A stretch of 64,000 bases of DNA. Origin: Botryllus schlosseri (taxonomy: Eukaryota). The notes beneath the pieces are model-generated. The model ran no database searches, was not told the origin of the DNA, and was given only the letters and a program-made list of their open reading frames with translations. The stretch is taken from contig CM119372.1 in assembly GCA_051294905.1 (NCBI GenBank), forward strand, positions 30,566,001 to 30,630,000, written 5' to 3'. The first letter of the stretch is position 1; every line of letters begins with the position of its first letter. Positions 24,584 through 36,093 of the stretch are shown piece by piece. Made by a program: the position numbers and the translations under genes.

Positions 24584-25184
24584 TGAGAAGAATAGAATTA
24601 CACTTTCAGTCGTCTATTCACAGTAAACAAGACTAATCCCTGGAGCATATTAAACAGGGGTGTCCAACCTTTTTAGCTAAATGCGCATATGTGCATTGCA
24701 CATTACGGGTGTCCAAAATAATGTTTTTTCCGAATTTATTTGATTTACTGATTTAATTACTGGGATGCCTAACACTAAAAAATGCTGTACACAATGTGCG
24801 GCTCGATTCCAACCAGTGGGCAGTTTCAACTGGAAGGAAATGATCCAAGTTCTGAGCAGCGATTTCTTAGACAATGTAGCAATTAAATCAGTGAATCCAA
24901 GACATCTAAAAAAAAGTTTTTGGAACCCCCTAATGTGCATGGTTTGTGCTTGTGCGGGGAACATGAGTGATTACAGCTCATTTGTAACCTTACAAATGGT
25001 GGTCTTATGTGTACAGATTAAAACTCTCGCACCAAAATTCTAAGCCTAGAAACGTGCATTTTTCTCTTCTAAAATCATAGGAACAAACATAACAAGAGTC
25101 AGGTTTACGAATGTTTCAAGCCAACAATGTATGAGCAATTGAGCACCGCAGATATTACTTCTGTGGATATAACACTGAGCTGAT

Positions 25185-25300
25185 GTGAGGGTTGAGGTCG
25201 TGGATTTTGACGATCAAATCAGGTTCTTCTGGTGATCTCGATTATTCCATACCAGTGGATTTCTTTTTCTGGTCGAAGTGCAATGGGATATCACAATTTC
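25185..25300 (-). pseudogene. PCGF1 5' fragment (duplication remnant)
   Basis: gatgtgagggttgaggtcgtggattttgacgatca...gggatatcacaattt aligns with PCGF1 20587-20700; start codon mutated; ends before the RING cysteines. Confidence 0.8.
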
Positions 25301-25797
25301 AGTAGTATAATGGTATAAGCTATTTTGTAGTACTAATAACCTGTGATTCAAAATAGAATTACGTTGGGTATAATTGCAAGCCAAAATTTCAAAAACAAAA
25401 TTAGAAATGACAATGCAAAAGCAAAGAGTGTTAGGAATAATCTGGTCACTACGGTAACTTAGAATAATGTGTGCATTAAGATTAGTGAGTAGCGCAAAAC
25501 AAATTACAGTATTTTATAAACTAAAAAAAAAGAGCTAATAATGACTTATCAAATATCCTTGCATGTAATTTGGAAGATTTAACAAAAGGAAATTCAGCAC
25601 ATCAAATATTGGAATGGCAAGATTTGTTCGGATTGCTTAAACGAAACACATCAACAATAGCCACGGAATATTGAGCATTTGATGTTACTAACGTAATTAC
25701 AGTGTCTAATAATGAAAGGAATGTACAGGTTCATGTGCAGTGAGTCCAGATATAAACTGTACGTCGAGAAGATTTCCAGTACGGTATGACAACAAGA

Positions 25798-25920
25798 TAG
25801 CGTAATGGGGAAGCGTCCAGCTTCTTGATCGGTAGGTCGTGGGTTCGATCCCTGACCGGGCCAGACCAGAGACGTGATTAGTAACACTGGTATCCATGAC
25901 TTCCCTGCTTGGCGCTCATG
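25798..25920 (+). mobile_element. tRNA-derived SINE head
   Basis: Pol III A-box TAGCGTAATGG (25798-25808) and B-box GGTTCGATCCC (25842-25852), then gggccagaccagagac...atgacttccctgcttggcgctca. No intact cloverleaf acceptor stem seen. Confidence 0.7.
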
Positions 25921-28364
25921 CAATATTTATTGGGATAGCCAGGAGGGGTACCATCACTACCAATCGGCGAAAACAAAAGCAGACAGTATAACTAGGTTGA
26001 TATTCCCTGTCGGAATACAATTCCCGGCTACACAATGTTTGGCCATCTCCAACATATATCATACCGTGATGCACTGTAATGGAGCAAGTATCCAGTGAGA
26101 ACATTGTCCCAGGCAATTTCGTCAACCTTGACCATCTAGTCGTTGTGATATGGTATTATTGATAGACAATGCGCGTCTGAGAGTTGACCGATACACGTCC
26201 ACTCATTTTCCATTCATCATCAGTTCGGTCCAATTTCTTCAAAGGATTTCGTTTATTGAGTATAACATTTTGAATAAGTTGCAAACACTCTACTGAATCA
26301 CTGACAACATCTTCACAACAGATTATCTCACGTAAAAAGTCATTGGGCAGGCAGTGAAGATCAACCATCTGGAAGAGGGCATTGAAATTTTCCTTTCTAT
26401 CAAGTTGTTCCTTTGTCCACGACAGAATTCCCAACAATTTCTGCTCTTCTAATGAACTGCAGCCTTTCTTTAAAAATCCTAGGCAATCCACAAGACCAAT
26501 ATAGTCGAGAGATAAAAAATCAGAGGTTTTGCGAAATTCTTCAAAATGTTTGTCAAGGAAATTTTGGAGGACCAAATTCAATTTCTGCTTTTTATACAGA
26601 CGCATTAGTGACATGACCTCAGCACAGCTTTTCATATCAACATTTTCGGCCAAAAAATCCACGCAAAGATCAGACAATTTAGGTAATTGCATCATTTCCG
26701 CGGCATCCAGAAGCCCTCGAGTTATATCCATCGTAATCCACACAGATCCAGTATAGATGAAATCAACGATCTGTTTCACTACATCGGGATTCATGGAGGA
26801 AAACTCGACAATTTGACTGTGAGATTCTTTAGTGTCATTTTGGAACATTGCTTTGAAATAGTCCGTGCTTGCCACCAGTATCATTTTATGTGCCTTCACT
26901 TCAAAATCTCCACACTTGATTGTGATATCACAGAGGTCTTCATCAGCTTTCAGTTTCAGAATTGAAGCACATAGTTCGTTATTGTGATCTTTCACCGTTT
27001 TCTGGACACGCTTCACATTCACATCTTCCAGAGAAACTCTGTTCAATACAATAATGAAAGTTGGTATAAGTCAAGTGCTGGCTAATCCAGAACACTTGAA
27101 CTGAACACACAGACACATGTTCAAAGTTCATAGAAAAGTTTTTAACAAATCAAAAAACTTATAAAATCAGTCGAGAAAACAGGTAATTTGGAAATTAAAA
27201 TACAGGTGGTTTTCCGAACTGTTTCCCGAAAGATAGTTGCCCAAATCGGAGACACTGACAAAATAGATGCACCCAGTATATGTCTAGCTCAAATTGAAGA
27301 AAATCTTTAAATGCGAATTCCGTTTTATAATTGTTGGCCGGTGATATCGGTGAAGATCAAAATTATTCTTTCTTTTCCAGATACATATATATATATCTAC
27401 GCTACAGTAGTATAGGCGTTGGCCTCAAATACCAATTTGAACATACATAGATAGTTGGGGACCTTATTATTCGTCGTCTATAGCAGCATCAGCATGTGTA
27501 GCTACATAATCTATATGCTTAAGTTCAGCCGGAATCAATTTATATTATTTGCGCGATGGATCAGATGACGATTTTTTTTTAGTCAGCGCACCAGGCGCAA
27601 GTTGGGTACAATATTGGCTATAATGCCTTGAAGACATCGAGGAAACTATAGTAAAAGTAAAATACGTGCCGGTATATTATGTCTAGACACTTTTTCAAGT
27701 TACAATGGGATGGGCTATAATCAAATTTAAACATGTGCAAAACCCCCAAAGCAGGCCGCAAAACCACGAGGTCTATACACTGGCAAGGTATTTCCAGGTA
27801 TTGAGTTTCTCTTGCAATGGATATCATGAAAATCACCGAATTAAATACTCGTAAAATATCCACGCAAAGCCGAAAAATATTTGAGAACGACAAAACCTGC
27901 AAATTTTGCTTTAATGCCTGCAAGACATTGGTGAAATTATAGTAAGAGCAGGGCATCATATATTGGAAGGTGGTATAATGCATAGTGTAGGGACAATGGT
28001 TAAAAGGGAAAAGATTACCTGAAAATGCCTGGCTTTTACTATAATATCACCAATGATTTGCGGGCATTAAAGCCAAAATTTGCCGAATCACCTGAACATA
28101 TATTATTAGTGCATTGGCCTCAGGGTTTTGCGTATGGTTGAATTTTTTTTATAATGCATGGTAGCTTGAAAAATTGTGCGGGGTTAATTAACACCGACAG
28201 CATGTTTCACTTTTACGATTTTGCGGATTTTACACACTTTGCGCCTTTTACAGCATCCCACACGCATGATGCAACCAATATGATAATTGCCTGATATTCA
28301 ATATATTAAATAAATAAAATGCTTACCTGGGTCTCTTGGCTGATGGTCCTCCAGTCAAATCCAT
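25916..28364 (-). pseudogene. BTB-BACK-kelch copy 2, truncated: in-frame TAA after BACK, kelch region largely deleted
   Basis: Exon 1 28327-28364, exon 2 from 27038. TAA at 26156-26158 inserted in IVYQ*YH (copy 1: IVYQYH); the frame continues with a kelch remnant (25916-26155) that is cut off next to the SINE. Confidence 0.8.
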
Positions 28365-28430
28365 TGAGAAAAATAGAATTGCACTTGCAGTCGTCTATCC
28401 ACAATAAACAAAGGCTAATCCCGGGACATA

Positions 28431-28805
28431 ACGTAGTGGTGACAATAAGCGCCTACTAATCTGGCGGACCGGTTCGATTCCCGTCGTTGGTTTATCTGGG
28501 CTCCTCTTCCCCCGCTGTCGCCGTTCTTACGGCGGCAAAAAAGCCCAGAAAAAGACCCGACTTAAGAAAGCAATCACAAGGAATGGAAAGAACTAGCAGA
28601 AATGGCCGGGCTTTAAAAAGATCATCATCGAAAAGGAACTGTGACATCGGGCACTCTAGGCCGAGGTGGATGTTAGAGTAAAAGGATCGCAACTGCGTGT
28701 CGTTCGACATCGTCCTATCTTACATTCATTACATCGCATTGTGTCTTATCGCATTGTACATTGTATGTGACAAGTTTAGATGAAAAATATAACTCAATGA
28801 TTATG
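28431..28805 (+). mobile_element. Second SINE-like retro-insertion with tRNA-like head and CATTG-rich tail
   Basis: B-box-like ggttcgattcc at 28471; near-direct repeats aatcccgggacata / aatccctggaacata flank it; the paralogous site (~24635) has one copy. A related tail (cgacatc..cct.tctt...catcgcatt) occurs at ~37005-37040. Confidence 0.6.
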
Positions 28806-28878
28806 AATCCCTGGAACATATTAAACAGGGCTGTTCAACCTTTTTAGCCAAATGAGCACATGTGCATTACACATTACG

Positions 28879-29230
28879 TGGGGTTACCATACATCCTCTT
28901 TTAAGAGGATTTGTGTATTTTCAATAAATTAAAAGTGTCCTTGCAGGACGCCTAAATGTCCTCTTTTTGGGGGGAATTGTTCCTCTTTTTCTATAAAAAG
29001 GATTAAAATGCAGTTAAAAATGCCACTCTGACACAGCTAACGTCAAGGTTCTGTAAAAATTCTGGTGAATTGGGAGTCGAGTCAAAGTCACCACCTTTTT
29101 TTCAGTCAACACAGTAGTATCGGTTGAAAAATTTGCAAAATCACCAGTTTTCCTCTCGGGTGCTGGACCTTTCAGAATTTGTGAAAAGTGTCCACTTTTT
29201 AGGATAGGCTATCAAAATATGATAACCCTA
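28879..29230. mobile_element. hAT MITE (TAGGGTTACCATA-type, GAGGAC subterminal repeats)
   Basis: Termini tggggttaccata/tatgataacccta; perfect TSD acattacg (28871-28878, 29231-29238); the paralogous site near 24700 has a single acattacg (empty site). Confidence 0.85.
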
Positions 29231-29464
29231 ACATTACGGGTGTTCAAAACAATGTTTTATCCAAATTTATTTGATTTACTGATTTAATTATTAGCATGCC
29301 TACCACTAAAAACACTGCACTATATGCGGCACGATTCCGACCAGTAGGCAATTTCAATTGGAGGGAAATGAACCAAGTTCGGTGTGCAGCGATTTTTAAA
29401 CAACATAGCAATTTAATCGTTGAATTCAAGAAATCTGAAAAAAAGTTTTTGGAACCGCCTATGT

Positions 29465-29970
29465 CAGTGGTTCGCAACCTTTTTCGTCTCGTGGACCCCT
29501 TCGCCGCTATTCGAGCTGAAATTCCTCCCTATGAAAAAGATAGATGCCTTTGACTAAAAAGGTGCCAAAGGTGTTGTCGGAAGCTTTACGCCGCTATTAT
29601 TACATACGACACCACCTATCTCGGTGGAAATGGATTATCGGCACTCGTCAGACGATAAACAACAAATATTTTTCTTAAATAAACTACAACAACCACAACA
29701 ATTTCAAATCTAATTTCAAGACACGGCAACGTATTTCAAGAAATTCAGTGGCAGAATTCGCACTGAGAAAATAGTCTTCACATTTTCGACGTTGTGGTGT
29801 GTTATTTCCAAGAAAAGTCATTTTCAACTGTTTATCACTAGCTTGCAGTTGATATTTGCATAAGACAGATTACAATTGCACGATAATTGAACTAAATTTG
29901 AACTATAACTTGTGGGGGTCCGTGATGGTCCAAGAGTGGTCTACGAAGACAAAAAGGTCAAGAACCACTG
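29465..29970. mobile_element. hAT MITE (CAGTGGTT family)
   Basis: CAGTGGTTCGCAACC...AAGAACCACTG; interior shared with 31430-31804; no TSD recognised. Confidence 0.7.
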
Positions 29971-30289
29971 TGTTAGCTCATATGTTGGCGGCCTTGAGCT
30001 GAATTCGGAATGACTGCCCTGTGTGCATGGTTTGTGATTGTGCGGAGAACATGAGTGATTACAGCTAACATGTAACCTTACAAATGGCGGTCTTATGATT
30101 ACCGTTAACACTCTTGCACAAAAATTTTAAGCTTACGAACGTGTATTTTTCTCTTCTAAAATCAGAGGAACAAACATAACAAGAGTCAAGTTGTTGAATG
30201 TTTCAAGCCAACAATGTATGGGCAATTGGACACCCGTAGATTTACTCAGATATCGCAGATATTACTTCTGTGGATATACCACTGAGCTG

Positions 30290-30410
30290 ATGTGAGGGTT
30301 GAGGTCGTGGATTCTGACGATCAAATCAGGTTCTTCTAGTCATCTCGGTGGTTCCATGTAGGTGGATTCCGTTTTCTGGGCGAAGCGCATTGGGATATTA
30401 CAGTTTCAGT
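30290..30410 (-). pseudogene. PCGF1 5' fragment (duplication remnant)
   Basis: Same fragment and same junction (cttctgtggatata..actgagct|gatgtgaggg) as at 25185; ATG retained but followed by an early TGA. Confidence 0.8.
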
Positions 30411-30660
30411 AGTATAATGGTATAAGCTATTTTATAGTACTGATAACCTGTGTTAAAAAATAGAATTACCTTGAGTATTATTGCAAGCAAAAATATCAAA
30501 ACGAAACTAGAAATGGCAATGCACAAGCAAAGAATGTTAAGAATAATCTTGTGCATCAAGATTGGTGATAAGCACAAAATAAATTAGTTTTATAAAAGGA
30601 TTTTATACTGACTGATCAAGTCCTTGCTGGTACTGACCACTCGACAGTACAGTCAGCATT

Positions 30661-30740
30661 CTGGCCACAAGATGTCTCTGTTCCATCTGATGAGTGCGGT
30701 GCTAGAGTAGGAAGTCTCATTCTGTTTAATTAAGGCTAGG
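30661..30740 (-). pseudogene. CCDC148 5' fragment
   Basis: ctggccacaagatgtctctgttcc...tgagtgcggtgctagagtaggaagtctc...aaggctagg aligns with CCDC148 18731-18836, with internal deletions. Confidence 0.7.
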
Positions 30741-30764
30741 GCCGCAGGCCGCAAACGATGCGGG

Positions 30765-30900
30765 GGTAGAACTCGTGGAGTTTGACGATCAGGTCCGGTT
30801 CTTCTGGTTCTTTCGTTTCATAAGGGTGGATCCTGTTTTCTGGTCACACGGAAGCATTGGGATATCAAGAAGTTCACAATATCATGGTATAAGCGACTTC
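30765..30900 (-). pseudogene. PCGF1 5' fragment, third remnant
   Basis: tttgacgatcaggtccggttct...ttctggtcacacgg..gcattgggatatc aligns with PCGF1 20610-20692; frame disrupted; upstream acceptor ttttttaccag retained. Confidence 0.75.
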
Positions 30901-30976
30901 GTAGCGCTGGTAAAAAAAATGACAAGTACAAGCAAATAATGTCAAAAGAATACTCTGGATAAAACAATTACTAGAG

Positions 30977-31804
30977 CAGCGGTTCTCAACCGGGGGTCCG
31001 CGAAGCCTCAAAATAGTTGATAACCTAATTTGTATTATATTGAATTCGAAAAATCACGAGATAGTGTCGCTTCATTATTAGTAAAACTCCAGAGCTCACA
31101 TCAACAGAATGGCCATCTGAGATGAAATATTCTACTGTTCAGACTCATATCAATTGTAAAATTGCCAATAGCCTACTGATACAAGCATTTTACTACTTAA
31201 AAATGTTTTGTTGGAGATCGTTGAAAAAAATTCTGGATGGGTATGGTCTATCACGATGACGTCAAAACGTTTACAAAAATCCATTCTCTCCTGTGATATA
31301 CACAACCATTTTCCATATAATACCTTCAAGATAAGCTGCTCGAGCTAGATAGAAATGAACAGGCTTGACGTTACATGTTCATTAAAAAAACTTGTTTTCC
31401 AATTTTGGTGCGATATTTGTTGCAATCATACCCAAATGTGACGCCGGAAGCGTTACCCGTTATTCGCCACCACCTATATTTGTAGAAATAGACTTTCGGC
31501 ACTCGTTCATATCAAATTGAAGGCGTGAATTTTCAAGACACGACCATGTATTTCACGAAATGCAGTTGCAGAATTCGCTTTGAAATAATAGAAGTCAACC
31601 TGATTTCTACATGAAGTATGATATTATTTTCAAGAAAAGTCATTTGTTGCTGTTTATCACTAAGCCTACAGTAATCATTTGCGCAAGACAGATGACGATT
31701 GCACGATAATTGACCTAAATTTGAGCTAAAACTTTGTGGGGGTCCGCGGAGGTCCGTGGCGGTCCGAAAGGGGTCCGCGAACACAAAAAGGTTGAGATCC
31801 ACTG
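30977..31804. mobile_element. hAT (Buster-type) MITE
   Basis: CAGCGGTTCTCAACC...GGTTGAGATCCACTG; perfect TSD tactagag (30969-30976, 31805-31812). Confidence 0.88.
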
Positions 31805-32655
31805 TACTAGAGACTTGCAAATAGCCCGAAATAAACAATTAAATTGATATAAATTGAAAAAAGCATCTCCTAATGACTTATTCATAAACTCCTTGATGCA
31901 ATATATGGGAATTTACCAGAAGCAAACGTGGCATATCAAGAATGGTAAGATTTTTTCAGATAGTTGAAATGGAATATGTCAACAAATATCATTAAATTGC
32001 TGCCATAATAATAATACATAATAATCAACTGAATTCATGGGCACTTGGAACTATAGGCTATATCAGAAGTAAATGTGACATGTACACATACGAAGAGATT
32101 TCTCTCTTGAGCGTCATTTAAAGAATCATAAAAAACTGTGCACCAACATCAATCATACCATGAACATACAAATACCACAATTATATTGAAATGGTAATTA
32201 TCAGGTCTTGTCACGATTTCAAAAGATTCCATACCTAATCTTAGCTTCGCGTCATACAATTTGTGCCACACCTTGTGATCAAGCTAAAATTGGGTGCTCT
32301 CAGCACTTTCGAGCTATCAGCCTGTTTCGGTCGATATAACGAGGTGGTATTTGAGCTCAGTAAAAAAACTTGAAATGGTGCAAGCATACAAAAAGTCTGG
32401 GAGGCACGGATATATTCAATAACAATATATCCAGTCACAAGTAATCAGGTCATCGACTACTTGGCTGTTGAAATTCACAACTATAGAAAATTCCATAGCA
32501 ATCAAGTATTTTTATGAGTGCTGTATTTTCTACAACCAAGCGCCTTGGCGAGCCCTGCAATTTGAAAGATCATGGCCATTATTATTATAGTAATGGATAC
32601 GACCACACAATCCAAAAAGAGTAACAGCAAACAATTATTTCCGTTATAAAATGCG

Positions 32656-35600
32656 TCAATAGCCACAACAAATGTTCCTATCATCGATATTTCTCGAGGT
32701 TGGCTCTCTAGCTTCCTCTGACACGTGCAGTTTGTCAAGCTCAAAGGACCTTACTGAGAAAGCAGTTCCGGTATACGGAGAGCTGCCGAAAATGTACAGC
32801 TTGTCATTTGCAATGTGGGCTTTCAAACCGTAACTGCTTATTTTCAGATTTTCGATCAATTGCCATTGCTCAGTGATGGAGTTGTAAAACTCTACACTCT
32901 CTTGCCCGCCACTGCCGCCCATCGCGTACAGAGTTTTTTCATACCAAATGCCTATTCCATATGCCCGGGCTGCCAATAACGGTGGGAGAGGAGAGTATGA
33001 ACGAGAGATTTCATCCGCTATCTGAAGCCTTTGTACCTGTCGCTGGTCAACTCCCCCCATGACAAAAAGACTTCTCATAGAAGTTGCGATAAAGAAACCC
33101 TGTCGACGACTCGGTCCAAATCCAGTTGATACACATGACGCGGTGCCACTGTCTGTATCGTATATCACAGTATTAGCACTGCATACCATGATTACCAATC
33201 GTCTAAAGCAAACACAGACATTATACAATTCACGAGATCTCCCGGAATAGAATTTCTTCCACTCATTACCATCAAAGCTCAATAAATTTTGGCCGTCCCC
33301 CATATATAATATGCCTTGATGCATCGTGATGGAGCAAGAAGACAATGCGAATTCTCCCGAGGGACATTTGGTTAACCGTGACCATTTCTCAGATCCGAGG
33401 AGGTATTGATAAACAATTCTTGTACTAGTGTTAACCGATACAAGTCCATTCATTTCTCTAGTTTGATGTAATTTCATTAGAGGACTCCGTTTTTGAAGTA
33501 AAACATCTTGTATAAGTTGCAAACACTCTACTGAATCTCTGACAAAATCTTCACAACAGATACTCTCGCTCAAAAAGTGCTTGGGCAGGCAGTGAAGATC
33601 CACCATCTTGAAAAGGGCATTGAAATTTTCTTTTCTTTCAAGTCGTTCCTTTGTCCACGACAGAATCCCGAACCATTTCTGCTCTTCTAATGGACTGCAG
33701 CCTTCCTCTAGAAAACCTAGGCAATCCACGAGACCCATATAGTCTAGGGATATAAAATCAGCGGTTTTTCGAAATTCTTCAAAATGCTTTTCAAGAAATT
33801 CTCGAGGACCAAACTCAATTTCTTCTTTTTATACAGACGGATTAGAGACAAGACCTCAGCACAGCTTTTCATATCAACATTTTCAACCAGAAAATCCACG
33901 CAGAGGTCAGCCAATTTAGGTAATTGCATCATTTCCGCAGCATCCAGAAGTCCTCGAGCTACACCCATCGTAATCCACACAGATCCAGTATAGATGAAAT
34001 CAACAATCTGCTTCACCACATCGGGATTCATGGAGGAAAAGTCAACAGTTTGACTTTGGGATTCTTTACTGTCATTTCGGAACATTGCTTTGAAATAGTC
34101 CGTGCTTGCCACCAGTATAATTTTATGTGCCTTCACTGCAAAATCCCCACACTTGATTGCGACATCACAAAGGTCTTCATCCGATTTCAGTTTCAGTATT
34201 GAAGCACACAGTTCGTTATTGTGATCTTCAGCCTTTTTCTGGACACCCTTCACATTCACATCTTCCATGGAAACTCTGTAAAATAAAATAATGAATGTTG
34301 GTATAAGTCAAGCGCTGGTTAATTTTTACTGGAAATACTGTTGTGTTGACTAAAAAATAAGGCGGTTTTCCCAACTGGACTCCTGGAAAGTATTGTTTAG
34401 TCAATCTTGCCGATACCGCCATTGAAATCCAGGAGGACGAATTGTCAAATAGCAGGACATTTGATCGTCCTCGGAAGACATTTTCGATTTCTTGAAAAAG
34501 GAGGACAAATCCTAAAGGAGGACTATGGTAACCCTATTGTATAGTACTGTCCTTGTAACCTCCGCCCAGTACAAATGCGACCATTTTCATTTGATCTGGC
34601 TCGTGTTAGCCCTGATTATTCGAAATTTTATGCCGCCAACGTCATATTTTGCGGTATACAATGTTCTTTAAAATTATCTACTATTTACTGACGATAACCC
34701 CTGACGAGTATAAGCCGAAAATAATCTGGTTCTTTACAATATGAAGATACTAATCAATTGTATGCTATATATAGGTCCTGTACCTCTAAGAAGCTGTTAA
34801 AGTAGAATAATGAAATATATCCTGGAAGAGTAGAGATAGTTGCCGAAACCGGCGACATTGACAAAATAGATGAACCCAGTATCTGCACTGCTCAAATTGA
34901 AAAAAATCTTGAAATGCGAATTTCAGTTTATATTTGTTGGCCGGTGATATCAATGAAGATCACAATTATTCTTTCTTGCCCAGACATAGCCTATATATCT
35001 ACGCTTAAGTAGTACCTATGGATGATGTCCTCAATTACATGCTGGAACAGACATAGACAGTTGAGGACCTGACTAATTCGGTGCATGATTTGTGGGCACT
35101 ATGGTGGACACTGTAGCTACCATAAACTCAAAAATGAATATGTTTTTGGAATGACTATGGACACAGCTGTTGAATAATAAAACCAGGTTGAAAAATATTC
35201 GAGGACGACAAGTGACCACGCAACCGGAAGCTGAAAACCCGCAAAATCAGCTATAATATCTGAAAGACATCAAGGAAACTAGTGTAAAAGTAGAAATTGT
35301 GCCGGTACATTGTGCGTACACAAGGTACCATGGGTCATAATCAATTCAAACATGTATGCCAAATTGTATGCAAAAACCTAACAGCTGACCGCATAACGAT
35401 GAGGTCTATACACTTACAAGGTATATCCACTATCCAGGTATTATGTTACTTTTACGTCGATTTTTGTGCAGACTGTTGATTCAGATACTAGATATTATGA
35501 AAATGACTGGATTAGACCTTGAACATTCGTAAAATATCCACGCAATGCTGAAAAACATTGGAGAACTGCAGAACCTGCAAATTTTGCTTCAATGCCTAGT

Positions 35601-36093
35601 GCCTACAAGACAATGGTGAAATCATAGCAAAGCAGGGCATGTTCCGCAGGGTATGATATATTGTAAGGTTGTGTAGTGTAGGGAAATTGGTGAGAAGAAA
35701 ACAGATTACCTGAACATGCCTTGCCTTTACTATAATTTCGCTAATGTGTTGCCGGCAATACAGCCAAAATTTGCTGGTTTTGCGAGACACATACGTTAGG
35801 CCTACCTGGACATACCAGTATATTAGTTGTGCATCGACCTCAGGGTTTTATGTATGGTCGAATTTTTTCATAATGTATTATAGCTTGAAAAATTGTGCAG
35901 GGTAAGTTAATACAGAAAGGTGAGAAAGCACATGTTTCACCTTCACGATTTTGCGGATTTTACACGTTTTGCAAGCTTTTACAGTGTCCCCCACACATGC
36001 CCTAACCAATATTAAGATTGCCAGATATTCTATAATAAATAAATACAAAGCTTACCTGGGTCTCTTGGGTGATGGTCCTCCAGTCAAATCCAT
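32656..36093 (-). pseudogene. BTB-BACK-kelch copy 3, full length with a single 1-bp frameshift (pseudogene or sequence error)
   Basis: Exon 1 36056-36093, exon 2 from 34275. At ~33795 plus-strand tcaagaaatt versus tcaaggaaatt in copies 1 and 2 shifts the frame; the second frame (32656-33738) completes the protein to ICCGY*. Confidence 0.8.
34696..34731 (+). ncRNA. Hammerhead motif, partly degenerate copy (repeat ~34590-34800)
   Basis: aacccCTGACGAgtataagccGAAAataaTCtggtt: core intact, one helix I mismatch, helix III no longer palindromic; flanks homologous to the 47.3 kb copy. Confidence 0.55.

Noticed and set aside
25798-25870. Functional tRNA gene (also 28435-28490)
   Set aside because: A and B boxes are present but no complete cloverleaf; each continues into a repeat body, so SINE is the better call.
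30687-30693. Other CTGANGA hits (also 37111, 51648, 58270)
   Set aside because: No downstream GAAA, NUH or helix I pairing; the 30687 hit is part of the CCDC148 remnant.
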